NCBI GenBank assembly: GCA_964016885.1
Contig: CAXHJY010001255.1
Coordinates: 19,075-83,074 of the forward strand
Source of the DNA: Eledone cirrhosa
Lineage: Eukaryota
DNA: 64,000 nucleotides
Direction: 5' to 3'
The notes beneath the pieces are model-generated. The model was not told the origin of the DNA, did not search any database, and saw only the letters and a program-made list of their open reading frames with translations. A program made the translations under genes and the position numbers. Shown here piece by piece: positions 1 through 14,415 of the stretch; positions within the stretch are counted from its first letter, which is position 1; every line of letters starts with the position of its first letter.

Positions 1-97
1 TGTGTGTGCTGGGTCCTTTTTGTCGTAACACCTACATAATCACTTTACAGTGTGGGCTGGATGTTTTGTGGTACCAGCATAATACATATATATATAT

Positions 98-646
98 ATT
101 ATTACTAGAATTCTATAAGAATCAAACATTCATGATTTTCAGCAAACAGGCGGAGTACTTAGCTTTGATAAGCACCAAAAAGTGCGAAACAGAGCTCTGT
201 CAGCTTTATCTCCTCTGTTTGCTGAAAATTAAAGTAAGTGAGACTGTCGCTACTCTAAAACAATAGCCTAAGGTCTTCGAAATGCTTTTAATTAAGCATA
301 CAGTGTATTGCAAAATACACTATATATACATTCATATATATATCGCTATTTCAGAGCACCAATTCTAATTTTCAATTTCTGCTTGACCGGCAACCGCTCT
401 GTATAATCAGTTCCTGATTATTACTAGAATTCTATAGGAATCAAACATTCATGATTTTCAGCAAACAGGCGGACTACTTAGCTTTGATAAGCACCAAAAA
501 GTGCAAAACAGAGCTCTGTCAGCTTTATCTCCCCTGTTTGCTGAAAATTAAAGTAAGTGAGACTGTCACTACTCTAAAACAATAGTGTAAGGTCTTCGAA
601 ATGCTTTTAATTAAGCATACACTGTATTGCAAAATACACTATATAT

Positions 647-652
<6 letters not shown>
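98..652. repeat. Direct duplication of ~235 bp (98-333 and 417-652, period 319) flanked by (TA)n
   Basis: Both copies start ATTATTACTAGAATTCTATA and end CAAAATACACTATATATACATTC, with few substitutions. Confidence 0.9.
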
Positions 653-684
<32 letters not shown>

Positions 685-876
685 CACATATGATAATGAT
701 ACACACATATATATATTTGCGTGCATATACATATATACCATATATATGTAATGTACATACACATATCAAACATACACATATATATATCATCAACCTCGTC
801 AAGTAATGTCCATTATTCATGGGTAGGGCGGATTCACCCTTAGGGAAAAAAACAGTTCAGAGGACCATGTTTAGCT

Positions 877-1179
877 CACCGAGGTCAACTTTGTCTTTCA
901 TCCTTACGGGGTCGATAAAATAAAGTACCAGTAATGTACTGAGTAATTGCTTGCCTTGTGCCAAAAGTAGAAAATTATTTATAAAGGCGGTGGATTGGCA
1001 GTATCATTAGAGAGTCGGACGCCATGCTTTGCAGCATGGAGTTATGGGCCTTTACGATCTGAGTTCAAATCCCGCTGGGGTTAACTTTGCCTTTCATCCT
1101 TACGGGGACAATAAAATAAAGTATCAGTAATGCACTGGGATAATTGCTGGCCTTGTGCCAAAAAGTAGAAACAATTATT
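877..1179 (+). mobile_element. Octopus-type tRNA-derived SINE: 3' fragment (877-979) followed by a full copy (986-1179)
   Basis: 5' end GGCGGTGGATTGGCAG, B-box-like GAGTTCAAATCCC, core CTTTGCCTTTCATCCTTACGGGG, 3' end AATTATT; the same sequence recurs at least five times in the window. Confidence 0.8.
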
Positions 1180-2290
1180 TAAAAGAGATAAAGCAGGTAG
1201 GATTGTGTGGTGGAATTCATGGCTTTCCCAGGTGAACTTAGTAGTTTAACCGCGTCTGAGCAAGCTTATATTCAAAGACACTCCATCCATAGCAATCACA
1301 TTACTTATCTTCAGAAATAGTAATATCTATGACTACATTATTCAAAGTCTCATTTTTAAAAAAGAATTTTAGGGAAAGAAGATTTTGCTGTTATTTCTAG
1401 CAGGTTGAGCACCACTAGGGAGACTTCATATCTAGAATCTGACAATGTTCTATGTTTCAAGGACTACATCAAGCAATATGATATTTTTTAAAAGACTAGG
1501 GTGCTTGATTTTAAACAATGGATATTTTGCTGTCATTTGTAGCATGATGAGTCTACCATATGTAGGTGCAATAGTCAGTTTTCCTTGAAACTGGCATACA
1601 GACTTTGCTGCAGATTTGTCTGCTATCACAACATGTTTGCTACCACCAACACCACCACCAATCTCTGTTTCTACTTCTACAACTGCTACTACAACTTCTA
1701 TAAGGGGTGGGGTATGTGGAGGGGGTGTTGGGGTTGGTACTGGTGGTAGTCTTTTATATCTTCAAATAGATAGCAATTCCCAAATATTGTCAGAAAGTAT
1801 AGCAGTTTATTGGAAAATTATCAACTTCAATAGAGTGGCAATCTTTTTAGTACTCATGCCAAACAGAAGTAACAGAGAGGGAGAGATAGAGGAAAGAGAG
1901 AGTGTGAAAAGGAGAGATGGGGGAGGGATGGAGGAGAGAAAAAGAGATGGGGGAGACAGAGAGAGAGAGACCCGGGGGGGGGGGATACAGGGAGAGAGAC
2001 GGAGAGGGCAGGGTAGAGTAGAAAGAGGGGGGAGGGAGAATGATGCAGCAGTGTAATGTTAAAGCATGTGAAAATGAGGGTGGAGGTGAATGAGAGTAAG
2101 ATCAAACAGTTCCAATAACACTTCTCATTCTTTGGAATGTGTCATATCATGATAGTAGTAGTTGATACACACACACACATACATACATACATACATACAT
2201 ACATACAACATATACACACATACACATTCATACACACACATACATACACATGCATATATACATACATACACATACATATATACATAGATA

Positions 2291-2443
2291 CTGTATTTCC
2301 CTGCATCTAAGACACTACTTTTTTCCTAAAATAAGTCTAAAAAATTTACCATGAGCCCTGGAGGACGAAAGTTTATTATTGTTTTCAAATTTGTGCTTGT
2401 CAAAATTAGAATGCGTCCTCGAGGACAAAGCGGGGAAATACGG
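2291..2443. mobile_element. MITE of Tc1/mariner (pogo-like) type
   Basis: Inverted termini CTGTATTTCCC...GGGAAATACGG, with TA on both sides. Confidence 0.7.
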
Positions 2444-2471
2444 TACATATAATATACATACATACGTATAT

Positions 2472-2842
2472 ATGATGGCTTCCTCCTCATTATCGAGTAT
2501 GCCCATTACGCGATATAACATTATTAATAATTATCAATTGATTCTATCGTACAATGCCTGTGCGTGAAGATTTTTTTTAAAGTGAGGAAAGACTGAGCCA
2601 ATCCCATTCTCTGAGCAACAATAGCTAGAACCCGAAAAGAAGAATAGATCAACGTCATTGGTAACTACTGAGCTGAGGGATTTGTCGGAGTTATCCCAGT
2701 TTCCTGAGTTGCCTTCTCCTAGAAGAATACCCTGACAAAGTCTAGGGGCCCTTCACTCCCATGGTTTAACCGCGCGATCAGGTATCCAGCCCGATTATTT
2801 TTATCTCCCTGCGAATTTACATACACATGCATACATGTATGT

Positions 2843-2881
<39 letters not shown>

Positions 2882-3100
2882 CATACACGTATATACATAT
2901 TTATACATTATTGGAGGGCCGTTGACTCTTATGAGTTCTTCTGCCCTTTCTCAGGTTTTGTTTTTTTCCTGCAGGGTGTCCAAAATCACCCTTGTCACCA
3001 AGTAAACTTGGTGGGGTTGCCGGTTTAATCACTGATGACCCGACCATGCGAGAGGTTGTTCTGGGTTACATGTTACTAGTAACACTCAAGAGTGACCCGA
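2472..3100 (-). mobile_element. Dispersed non-autonomous retroelement-like repeat; related copies at ~9363-9665 and ~35500-36065
   Basis: Shared ATGATGGCT...TCGAGTA(T/C)G end in all three copies; shared GGTGGGGTTGCC...GACCCGACCATG block in this copy and the 35.5-kb copy. Family and strand are inferred. Confidence 0.55.
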
Positions 3101-3270
3101 CATAATACATATATATATATATACATGTATACATATTTTCTGAAGTATACATCGGCTGAGTAGCCTCATTTGCATACCAAGCGAGTTACGGCCGGCCTTA
3201 TTGAAAATTAAAAATAAAATTAGAATTTTATTTCTTACCCTAGTACAGCTGATACATAAATGTAAGTATG

Positions 3271-3301
<31 letters not shown>

Positions 3302-3302
<1 letters not shown>

Positions 3303-4200
3303 CTAGCATTAAAGCCTGGCGTTGCTCGGGGTCAGTAAGTTACCAAAGTTAGGTTGCACCACCCATTTTATGGCAGCACTTTTTTGTCTGCCAGGCACTG
3401 GGTGAATGAATTGCAGACCTGGACTGCCGAAGCAGGAGCTGCGCCAGCAGTGACAATTGTAGTTTCACCTATGGATGTTATCTCTGTGCAAAGAAGTGTT
3501 GAAATTTATTGTTTCACAGTACTTGCGCAACACGCGCGTAGACGATGCCAGCCGAACAACAGAGCTGCGATGGAGTTGTTCTGCATGGTTGTCTAATGTG
3601 TGTTTTCTAAATTTAAGACAGTAGGGAGGGGTGTGATATGGGGGAGAGTTAGCTGCTGTTTCTAGCAGGTTTAGTGACCTCATAGAAGATATTATTGTGT
3701 ATAGTAAATAAACTGATACTTCTTTCTTCCACGTTCGTTGAGAGATGTTTTAAAAAAGATTTATCACTATTTTTTGTTGTTGAATAAATTTATCTGTTGC
3801 TTTTGAATAATTGTTGTTTCGACTCAAAAACAAACGTTCTCTCTCTCTTCTCTCTCTCCTTCATTTCTTTCTCTCTTCTTCGGCGTTCCTAAAGGAAGTT
3901 TGTAAGTTTAAGCGTATATAAGAGAAAGTTGCAGCATGTATGTAGGTTTATCGAATTTTAATGGGAGTAGAGAGAGGGAATCAGATTGTATTAGAGGGGT
4001 AAAGCGTCATGTATTTAGTTTTATTGATTATTTCTGTAATTGTGGGTGAGTTTGAAATAAATAAATAGTCGTTGACCTAAGTTAGTCTGTAAGAATGTTG
4101 TAAATGGTCTGAGTCGAATCGGTTTGAAATTGTGCAAATGTATAAACATGGAACATGCACACACACACACACACAACAACAACAATCTGCTTTTATAGAT
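3302..4200 (-). mobile_element. Non-autonomous Helitron-like element
   Basis: The minus strand starts TCTATAAAAGCAGA followed by a microsatellite, and ends in a GC-rich hairpin-like CCCGAGCAACGCCAGG followed by CTAG. Confidence 0.6.
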
Positions 4201-5206
4201 AATGATATATATACGCTAATATATATATATACACACACACACACTGATATGCTTCGAGTCCGCCCTGTTAAGTGATAGTGCTGGTGCCATAGTGAAACGT
4301 AATCAACCTACTCTATACTGTGGCAGTGCAGGTGCCAGGATAAAACGTACTCAGTGTACACTATAAAATGGTTGGCTTTCAGAAGAGCATCCAGCTGTAG
4401 AATCATTTTATGTGAAACTGAATGTATGTTTATTATAAGTAAACATTGTATATAGGTTTATAAACACCATCATTCTGCATTATGCTGCTTTAGTGTACTT
4501 GCCGATTGACAACATCATCTGGGCCTTGCTGCATTTAGAGTTCACTGTTTAAGCATTTGGGGCAAGGACACTTATTCCTCACATCAGTCTTGGAGGAGGA
4601 GGAGGTAGAGAAAAAAAAGTATATACATATAGTTTCAGTCTGAATATGATGACTAGGGAAAAAACTTTAATCAACTAAGATAATGTTTGCAATTTCATGA
4701 CTGAAACTTGTTTGGGGCATGGTCAGATCTTGATAAGCAAGTAGTTGATAGAATTTCTATAGCTTTTGGAATAAATTTAGACGATGTAGTGGAAACTAGT
4801 TTGGATCACCAGTCTGTCTTAAGGTTAATCCCAGTTGCTGCTGGTTTTCATTTTCAACTGATTGGACTGGAGAAACATGGAAGGAAGTGTTTTGCCCAAG
4901 GAAATGAAGCACTGCTTGGTTCTGGGTTGAAACCCATGACTCTACAATCACGAGATCAACACCCTATCCACTAGTCCACACATCTTAATATTGATTGTAA
5001 ATTTACTAATTTCAAATTCCCCACAATCGCTCTTTCCTACTCTATTATTATTTCCCCTGCCTCACACCAACTTTAGTTAGGATAAGACATATTCTACCTG
5101 TCTCAGCCTGTCTGGCCTAGAAAATACAAGTACCAAATACTACATACTTCACCTGTAATTTTAGTGATTAATTAAGACTGAGATTTAAATATCTTATCTA
5201 TATATT

Positions 5207-5489
5207 CCCAGTCCCACACTGTAAATGTGGTTGGTGTTAGGAAGGGCATCCAGCTGTAGAAAACCCGCCAGACAGTCCACGCTGTAATGTGGGCGTGTAG
5301 GCAACACGGTAAAAACCTCCCAGCCCCACACTGTAAATGTGGTTGGTGTTAGGAAGGGCATCCAACTGTAGAAAACCCGCCAGACAGTCCTATGCGAGCA
5401 AGACAACCACTCTTGCCTCAAGTGGGAAAACTCCCGTCCAAACCCATGCAAGCGTGGAACATGGACGTTAAACGATGATGATGATGATG
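5207..5489 (+). mobile_element. 5'-truncated RTE 3' end with an internal tandem duplication and (GAT)n tail
   Basis: Nearly identical to the 3' UTR of the young RTE (36065-36290, reverse complement); the CACTGTAAATGTGGTTGGTGTTAGGAAGGGCATCC block occurs twice. Confidence 0.85.
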
Positions 5490-6279
5490 AAAGTTGTAGT
5501 TCCTGTCTGTTTGTTTGTTCACAAACTCCTCCTATGGTTTTAGAGATAGCCCCCCATAACCATATATATTCTGAAACTACATTGCCCAGGGTACTTGGAT
5601 AAGTATATTTCATTTTAATCAAAGGGTTCCCCAGGGCACAAACGCCTGCTGAAAATTTTTTCCCTTTGATTTATATGAAATTTAAACCATAGGTAAATGA
5701 CAAGATATGCATATTCACAAAATTTCAGCAAATTTTAATAATATTAGGACACCCTAATGGGGGTTAAATGCCCTATAGTGAAAATTTTGGAAGCCCATAA
5801 CTTGAGTATTGGAACCTCTATTATCACAGGGTTTTTCTACTAATTAAACGTAAATCAACAAAAAAAGCACCTCTCTTCTATAGTAAAATTTGGCTAATTT
5901 AGACTTTATCTATGGCAAAACATCACTAGAATTATGACAACAAAAATTATTAGTTAATGCCTCTACTTTTTTAACAATTTCTCTTTATTTTTTCATCATA
6001 AATTATATCACTGATTGAAAATCAATGATCATTTTCTTACAAAAAAAAATGTGTGAAACGCAGCAAAGTGTGGGTTATTCGGCTAGTAGTCAATAAAAGA
6101 AAAGGCAAGTTTTGTAACAACTTCAGTTTGAAAAAAATCTCTGGTTTAGCTAAATCAACCCAACATTTTTGGCAGGCTAGAATTATAGATTGAAAATATT
6201 GTATAATAAACACTTTTTCTTTCTCATTCACTATCTCCTCCTCTCTCTCTCTCTCCCAACCACCAGTCAAAGGAAGACC

Positions 6280-9120
6280 TGAAAAGAGCCACGGACACTA
6301 CCCTAAAGAGTAAAAAAAATAAGTTCTGTGATTAAATATTGGCAATTCCCTTCTGGAGGAAGGGTAGATGCCGAATAATGAAATCTTACGTGCCATTGAT
6401 GAAATAGGGAATGAATATTTATGTCGAATTAAGCCCCCCACATTTTGGCAAATCAATGCCTGTTTACATGCCCTAGCAACAACAGTGGAGCAGTATCTTG
6501 ATGATAGAGATATTAACAAGAACAAAACACCACAAAAAATACCATCATATATAACTAAAATAGAAAAAAAGATTGCTGACCTATGGAAAACTATAGGATA
6601 TGCGACAATGCTCCTTACATGCAAACAAAAACAAAAAAACTTCACTCCTCACCAACAAAGAGTGAAAAATAAAATAGAAACGATGTTTGGTAACGGTAAA
6701 ACCAGAACTCTTCAATATAAGCTGATCACCCTCAAACAGGAATTGAGAGCTGTCAGCGAGAAACATTGATACCTGAAGAGGGTAGATGAAAGAAAAGTAC
6801 TTAATAAAAGATTCAGACGAAACCAAACATCAGTCTATAGAGATATGAAGGGCAAAGTATTAAATGTCATTGAGGGCCCCATCTCAGAGAGATTCCTTCT
6901 GGAGAAAAATATGGTGTGAAAAGAAGAATTTCAACCAAGATGCAGTGTGGCTAAAAGAAATCCAAAAGAATTATTGGTCCGACACTACAACAAAAACATA
7001 CAGAATAAATGAGGATACCCTCGAGACTGTGATAGGAAAACTCCAAGAAAACACCAGGAAGAGACTTGATTGTCAGCTACAGGTACAAAAAACTGATATT
7101 CTATCGGCAGTATCTTATTGACATCTACCAACAAGCTCTCAAGGGAGATACACATATACCAGAATGGTTAACATTAGCACAAACAATATTGGTCCCCAAA
7201 AACAAAGACACCCACTTGGCAAAAAACTACCAACCCATTGCATGCCAGAACCTGATGTATAAGATATATACTGAACCTATTTCTCCAAGATCACAGTGAA
7301 AATAATAACATCATCACAGATGAACAAATAGCTAGAAAGAAAAGTATTTGGGGGTGTGCTGAACAACTCCTAATTAACAATACTGCGATGTCGGAGGTGC
7401 GACAACTTAGAAGGAATATAGCGACTGTCTGGACTACAGGAAAGCATTTGATTCTGTTCCCCACTCTTGGATGATAAAGGCCCTCCGACTTGTTAAAGTC
7501 CCAGATATTATTATCAGAACCAGAGTGTTCTTGGGCTACTATCCTAAAGTTAAAAACAGAAGGAGGAGTCTATTTTCACTAATAAAATAGAATATCACTG
7601 GGGTATATTTCAAGGAGACAGTCTCTATTTTCACTAATAAAATAAAATATCGCAGGGGTATATTTGAAGGAGACAGTCTCTCTGTGCTACTATTTATCCT
7701 GTCATTAAACCCCTTGTCCTTTCTGCTCAACAAATGTGAAGGATACATCATTAGCTCACAAGAGGACAGAAATACAAACTTATTTCTTTGTGGATGATCT
7801 GATACTATGCCAAAAACATAATTGGGATGAAGACAAATCTTGACCTAGTTACAACATACTCAAAGGATAGAAAATGTTCATATATGATTGTAAAATAGGG
7901 AAAAACTACAACCCATTCTAGCAACATTTTTATCAATGGCCTAACTGTTTCGCCGATATCTGATGAGGACTGCTACAGATACCTGGGGATAGATGAGAAT
8001 ATATCTTATAATGGTATTTATAATAAAGAACGCGTAACCAAGGAATATTACACCCAGTTAAGAAAAACACGTTCATTGGAACTCTCTGCACACAATAAAA
8101 CAGTGGCTCACAATGTGTTTACTGTGCCTGTCCTACCATCAATGTTTGGGATACTCGATTGGACGATAGACCAAATCCGAAGAATTGATGTTAAAACTCG
8201 AAAAATTCTAAACACTGGAAACTTCCACATCAACAGTGACAGAGACCACCTTTACTTGATATGTAGGCAGGGAGGCAGAGGCCTAACATCAGTCCAGACA
8301 GCACTTGAGTGCTGCATCATATCCCTCCGACAACATTTAGAAACCTCCAAGCATAGGAGCCCATCTATTGAGCAAGTCTATCTGTATGAGGCAGATAAGA
8401 TCATGAGAGTTGGGAAGGAACTCTTTGAAAGATACTCCCTGTGTGATAATCAAAGACTCACACCCAGGGAAATTGCCCAGTAGTACTGCAGTGAATCCAT
8501 GGATGAAAAACTGCATGCTTATCAGCAAAAAAATATGCATGGATATGATGCCAGGAAGCTCCAGAGTGAGAGTAATATAGATAAGCAAAGTAGTCTATCT
8601 TGGACCATATTGGCGCCCACTTTTGCAATCCAAGAACAGTACAATGCAATCTGTAGAAAAGATAGCCCGACAATAAACACATAAAAAGCTACAGCAATGT
8701 GGAAGACATACATATACATAATATGAAAGAGTACTGGTGGAATGTTCCAGTAAAAACCCCAATAAAATGCAAGCATAACAGACCAGATATAATGATATGA
8801 GACATGGAAAAGAAGGCATGCACAGTAGTAGAAGTTAGCTGCCAAGCAGATGCCAATATGATATCAAGGATTAGCAAAAAGGAGAATATCTATGCAGAAC
8901 TACTGAGAAATCTGCAGATACACCACCCTGACTATACCTTCAGATTTATGCCTGTGATTATTGGGGCACTGGGGTATGTTAGTAACTGCCTCAATATGAG
9001 TCTTGAGAAGCTGGGCTTCACAGAAACAGAAAAAAACCACTAGTTAGGAAATTACAAGCACAATCCATTAATGGAACAGTAAAAATATGTAAAACATTCC
9101 CCAAATTCTGCATCTAATAA
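6280..9120 (+). mobile_element. Degenerate R4/Dong-like non-LTR retrotransposon (RT plus C-terminal restriction-like endonuclease)
   Basis: Frameshifted motifs NYQPIACQNLMYK, WGCAEQLLIN, DYRKAFDSVPHSW, RGIFEGDSLS.LLF, FFVDDL, YRYLG, GGRGL, RPDI, VVEVSC, PVIIGALG; many stops; ~57-bp internal duplication near 7570-7680. Confidence 0.8.
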
Positions 9121-9416
9121 CTGCATATACACATTTACAGATACAAACCATATGCACACATACAACTCAAAACATACACATCTACACATGCAATAACATC
9201 CATACCTGCACACACATGCATGCATGCAGACATATCTACCTAGTTGATGTGTAAATTCCAATGAGAGAGTCTCGTATCTGTTAGAAACCGACTCTCTCTA
9301 TTGGCAAACATTTGTGAAATTATAAAACCAGAAGAACATATATAGATACATACATACATAGATATGATGGCTGGCCCCTCGTTATCGAGTATGGCCATTG
9401 CATGATATAACGTTAA

Positions 9417-9530
9417 TATCCCGCCGAGGTTGACTTTGCCTTTCATCCTTACGGGGTCGATAAAATAAAGTACCAGTAATGAACTGGGTAATTGCTGGCC
9501 TTGTGCCTAAAGTAGACACAAATAATTATT
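9417..9530 (+). mobile_element. Octopus-type SINE 3' part nested in the 9363-9665 repeat
   Basis: Matches the core of the SINE at 986-1179. Confidence 0.75.
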
Positions 9531-9777
9531 GATTAAAGCAATCGTGCAATGTCTGTGTGAAGTTTTGTTTTTAAATGAGGAAAGACTGTGCACTGAGCCA
9601 ATCCCAATCTCTGAGTGACAGTAGCTATAACCCAAAAAGAAAAGGTCAACATCATCAGTAACTACTGTGTGTGTGTATATATGTTTACACACATATACAC
9701 ACACACACATATATACACACACACACACATATACATACATATATATACACACACATATATATACACACACACACACA

Positions 9778-10920
9778 GCCGCTTTTCTCTGCTTGCAAGG
9801 GTGGGACGGGTCCTATTCAGCACAGCATCTCTCCATCTGTCACGGTCCTTTGTCATCTCCTGCGTGAGCCACAACAATCTGAGGTGTGCTCTCATCACCT
9901 CCGCCCATGTCTTTCATGGTCTTCCTCTACTGCGTCTTCCTTCTACTGGAATTACTTGGCACTTCTTTACCCAGCGGTCATCCTCCATGAACATCACATG
10001 TCCATACCATCGCAGTCTTCTCTCCCGCATTTGAAAAATGAGCCTATCAATATGACTTCTACTGTCAAATTTCCCTGTACATCTACTGCATACGTATTTT
10101 TCCCTACCTGTTAGTTTGCCTGCTAGCCCACTACATCTCTTATGTACCCAAGATCTGCATTGTGTACAATTTATAGAATTTATGCCAGTTCCTTTTCTGC
10201 ATATGGAACATGGCCATTTCCCAGACGGAATCAGAGTTTTGTCCTCTTTTCTACTTATCAACACTTTTGTCTTAGCTAGGTTCACTCTTAGTCCTCCCGA
10301 TTCCAACTGCTGTTTCCATAGTCAGAATTTATTCTCTAGCTCCTCTACTGATTCTGCTACAAGAACCAGATCGTCAGCATTGAGTTCCCATGGGCAGCCA
10401 GTCTTAAACTCCTCTGTTATGGCTTGGAGGACTATAATGAACAAGATCGGGCTGAGGACTGAACTCTGACGTACTACTTGTATCTGGAATTCCTACCCTC
10501 ACTTTACTGACAGCACCTTTGTACAAATCTTGCACTGTCCTCACAAGCCATTCCTCTACACCTAGTTTACTTAGGGACCACCAGATGACAGATCGGGGTA
10601 CTGAGAATACTGCTGCACCAGTCTTTGGGTATGACTCCGTCATATGTAGCTTGATTGATGATGCATGCAACCAGTTCAGTGCCTACTTTTCCTGATGACT
10701 TCAGCATCTCAGTAACTATCCCCGACGGTCCAGCGGCCTTACAATTTTTCATTTCCTTAATTACCTCTTGGACCCTATATTCATCTCAATAGCTGGTCCC
10801 TCTGTTGGATCTACTGGTGCTAATTTCTCTCTCTTCCATTCGTTCTCCACATTCATCAGTCTCTCATAATGACATTTCCAGGCCTCCTTTTCACTAAGTA
10901 CACCGGCATCATTCCGAACA
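9778..10920 (-). mobile_element. Degenerate RTE-clade LINE RT fragment
   Basis: Motifs KAAGPSGI, WWSLSKLGV, ADDL, VNLAKTKVL, PHD-like Cys cluster and RRLRWYGHV; internal deletions. Confidence 0.85.
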
Positions 10921-11294
10921 CACATATCACACACACACACATATATATGAGAGAGAAAAAAAGAGGTGATAAATACCAATAAAATATTGGGGGAGGGGAG
11001 CAGATATGATGGAGGTGTACAGATTGAAACTGAGAAAAAATGAAGCAGAAAAAAAAAAAAAAAATTGATAGGATAGTAAAGCCCCAGAATATTTAATAAT
11101 GCAAAAAGAAAAATGTAAAATTTCAATTGAAGAAAATGATCAAATAATAATAATAACCCAATTTAATTAGGTCTATTAGCTTTATGCCTCTGTAGCTGTT
11201 TCTTTCTAGAGCATCACCTTTTCCTTATAGCAATTAACATGCGTACTGCTGTGCCAACCATTGTTCGCAATAGGTTATTATTATTATTATATAT

Positions 11295-12094
11295 AAGGAC
11301 ATGCGTTACACATTAAGGGATCTTGTCAGGAGTGAGCCAATAATATTCTGATGAATGAGCTTGGTTTGAGAAAGGTGTCTGCATGCTGGGTTCCATATCT
11401 TGAGTGAAGAACAAAAGTGCACTCATTGCACCATGTCCTCCAATAATTTGGAACTTCTCGAAGCTGATACGGAAGATTTCCTGGCACGATTTGTAACCTT
11501 TGGACAAGACCTGGATCAATCACTACCAACCTGAAACAAAAGAGCAGTTTAAACAGTGGAAGCAACCATCCCGAAGAAGGCCAAGGTCACACCATCAGCA
11601 GGAAAGGTCATGGCTACCATTTTCTGGGATGCACAAGGAGTGTTGTTGGTGGATTATCTCCAAAAGAGCCAAACCATCACCAGACAATACTATGCCTTCC
11701 TACTTAAACATCTGTGTGAGAACATCAAGAAGAGGTCAGGATTTCTGTTGAAAGGGGTCATGTTTCATCATGACTATGCTCCTGCCCACAATGGTAACAA
11801 TCCATTGCTGTGGGTTCTAACTCATCCCTCATCCACCATACATGCCCTACCTCCGACCTTCAGACTTCCACCTGTCCCTAAACATGAAAAAGGATATGGC
11901 CAGACAACACTATGCCACAGATGCTGTGGACACCTACCTGAAGGATCAAACTAAAGAGATTTACTTCAGCGGCATCCAGGCACTTGTGGAAGAAGTGTGT
12001 GGACTCAAAGGGAGACTATGTTGAAAAATATAACTAGAAAATATTTGTATGTGCTAGCGTTTCTTGGAGGCTCAAAACTTTTCATTCACCCTCG
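11295..12094 (+). mobile_element. Mariner transposase remnant with 3' terminal inverted repeat
   Basis: Motifs TWINHYQPETKEQFKQW, SAGKVMATIFWDAQGVLLVDYL, FHHDYAPAH, PSDFHL; ends CAAAACTTTTCATTCACCCTCG; frameshifted. Confidence 0.85.
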
Positions 12095-13277
12095 CGTGCG
12101 TGCGTGCGTGCGTGCGTGTGTGCATGCATGGGAAAACAGTATGGAAGCCTGTCAGATGGATTGTACCTATAATTCAAAAGTTTGAGCTTTGTTACTGTCT
12201 CTGCCCAAGCTGAGGACTATTTCAAGTGGTACAAATGACTGTTGAATACCCAACCACTATTTTCCATCTATCCAACTTCATTTTCAAGGCTTGAATTGAT
12301 CTGAGTCCAAGATGCTGTGCTATGAGTTTGAAGCTGGGACATTGTGATTCCAAAATAAACTTCTTACACATTTGGCCATCTAGCATCAAGTAGTCATAGA
12401 TAGATAGACATACATATAGGCATAAAGTGACAGGCATACATACTCATAGACCCTCACATATATACACACATACTTATATCTATGCATGGACCCTTACATA
12501 CACAACATATATTCACATATATACCCTCACATGCATGCAGATACACACCCATACATACACTCAGATATACAGGCACACACAAACACACACACAATATACA
12601 TACAATCTCAACTATATTGTATTAATGATAGCATACATAGTGAGTATACAGTACACATGCTTCAAAAGATATAAGGAATGTCAAAAAATAATGATTATAG
12701 ATCAGCGATTGTGTATGAGCATACACACAAACACTCATACACATACACAGCTGAAGTGAGGTTAACCTGAAATTATCCAATACCCTATAATTTCTTCACA
12801 CTGAATAAAATTGTTAAATTCTTCAGATTGCTTTAGATTAAAACAAAAAAACAAAAAAAAAAAATCAATTGGTCATTTAATTAGTTGGCTAATGAAACAC
12901 ACTTTTAAAGTGAGTTGGGTGAGGTGGGGGTTATATTAGAGACTACTGTCACTAAAATGTGGTCAAAAAATGTATTGTGACACCTGTCAGTGACTCAGTA
13001 TCAAGACAGATGTGTCGTAGCAGCAGAGTCCTATCATAACAACAAACTTAATAACCACAAGGATCCTATATCAAAATACAACTGTGTCATAAGAACAGAT
13101 GTCAGAGACTTAGTACTAAGACAGAAGTGTCATAAGAACAGATCTGTCAGTGATTTAAGTCCCTGTTGCTGTCTTGGTACTATTGCAAAAAAAACCCTCA
13201 ATGACTACTGTGACTCAATATTAAGAGAGATGTATCATAAGACCAATAAGAAATATCAGCATTGGACTTAATTTCTA

Positions 13278-13670
13278 GGTATGTCATAGATTTAATGCAA
13301 CCCCAGTGTGTCAAGGGTGTGTGACATATTTAGTGCAGATCTCAGTGTGTTCATAAGGTGTGTATTAGCTGTAGTATGATCCCACTGTGCACAGTGGATA
13401 TGGGTAAAGGGTGTGTCTCAGATTTAGTGTGGTCCCATTATAAGCAAAGAATGTGTTAGTTTTAGTGCAATCTCATCTTAATGTGGATAAAAGGTGTGTC
13501 CTAGATGTAGTGTGATCCCAGTGTATTGAAAGGGTGTGCTATAGCTTTAGTATGATTTTTATCTCATCATTGGTAAAAGATGTGTCTCACAGTAGGCAAT
13601 GGGTGTGTCATACTTTTAATGCAAACCCAGAGGGACTTTGATAGCTTTAGTGTAAGCCAAAGTATGGGCA
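13278..13670. repeat. Diverged ~40-bp minisatellite, about 9 units
   Basis: Recurring GGGTGTGTC-AGATTTAGTGTGATCCCAGTGT-like units. Confidence 0.65.
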
Positions 13671-14415
13671 ACAAGTCAGAAAAGGTAAAAAGAAAACAAC
13701 TTATAACACCACGTAATGAAATTAGAATGTGGGTGTACTTAGTGAGACATTAGCTACTGCATGGTTAAACAAGCCAATGGAGGAGCCTCTATGTGGTCAT
13801 GAAATCTGTTAGAAATAGTAGATGACAGGATTGAGGCCCTTACCAATAAAATATTCAAAATAACTTATGAAATGAAATCTTACATTAGGCTAGAAAAAAA
13901 CCTGTGCATGGTGTGTGTGGCATAACAACATACAACTAACTAGAAATAGCAGCCAAATAGCCCTCATACCATACCATATTTTAAAATAAATAGTATGCAT
14001 TGGATAATGTAGTCAGAGCTATGTCTGGGGTGGGGGGGGACAAAAAACATGGGGTGATCATGATTGGAATGCCTTTGATGAGATCGGCTTGTTCTTGATT
14101 AGGGCTGAAATAGATCTGAACAATAACACTTTCAAAGTATCAAAAGTAAATAAAATAAACAACCCTTGATAGCAGTGAAAACAGCATAAATAAATGCAGA
14201 GGTCAACATTAAATGAAATTTCTAAATTTGTCAAGCCTATCAGACAAACTGAATTGATTGTTGACTTTTCAAGGGATGACTAATTGTTTTTGTTTGTTTT
14301 ATATATATTTATAAATTATTTTAAATGCTATAGTGTCACGAGATATTCTATAATCCAGGTCCTGCACGCACGCACACAGAGTATTATTTTGATTGAAGTT
14401 GAGATTTTATAATAT

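Noticed and set aside
343-415. Minus-strand CTGATTA...AGAGC/GCTCT-GAAA hammerhead-like motif
   Set aside because: G8 is missing and no stem I can form.
1616-2105. ORFs rich in Pro/Gly/Glu/Arg
   Set aside because: Low-complexity GA-rich tract with no recognisable domain.
2348-2375. ATGAGCCCTGGAGGACGAAA resembling a hammerhead
   Set aside because: The CTG of the core and stems I/III are missing; it is a subterminal repeat of the MITE (compare ATGCGTCCTCGAGGAC at 2411).
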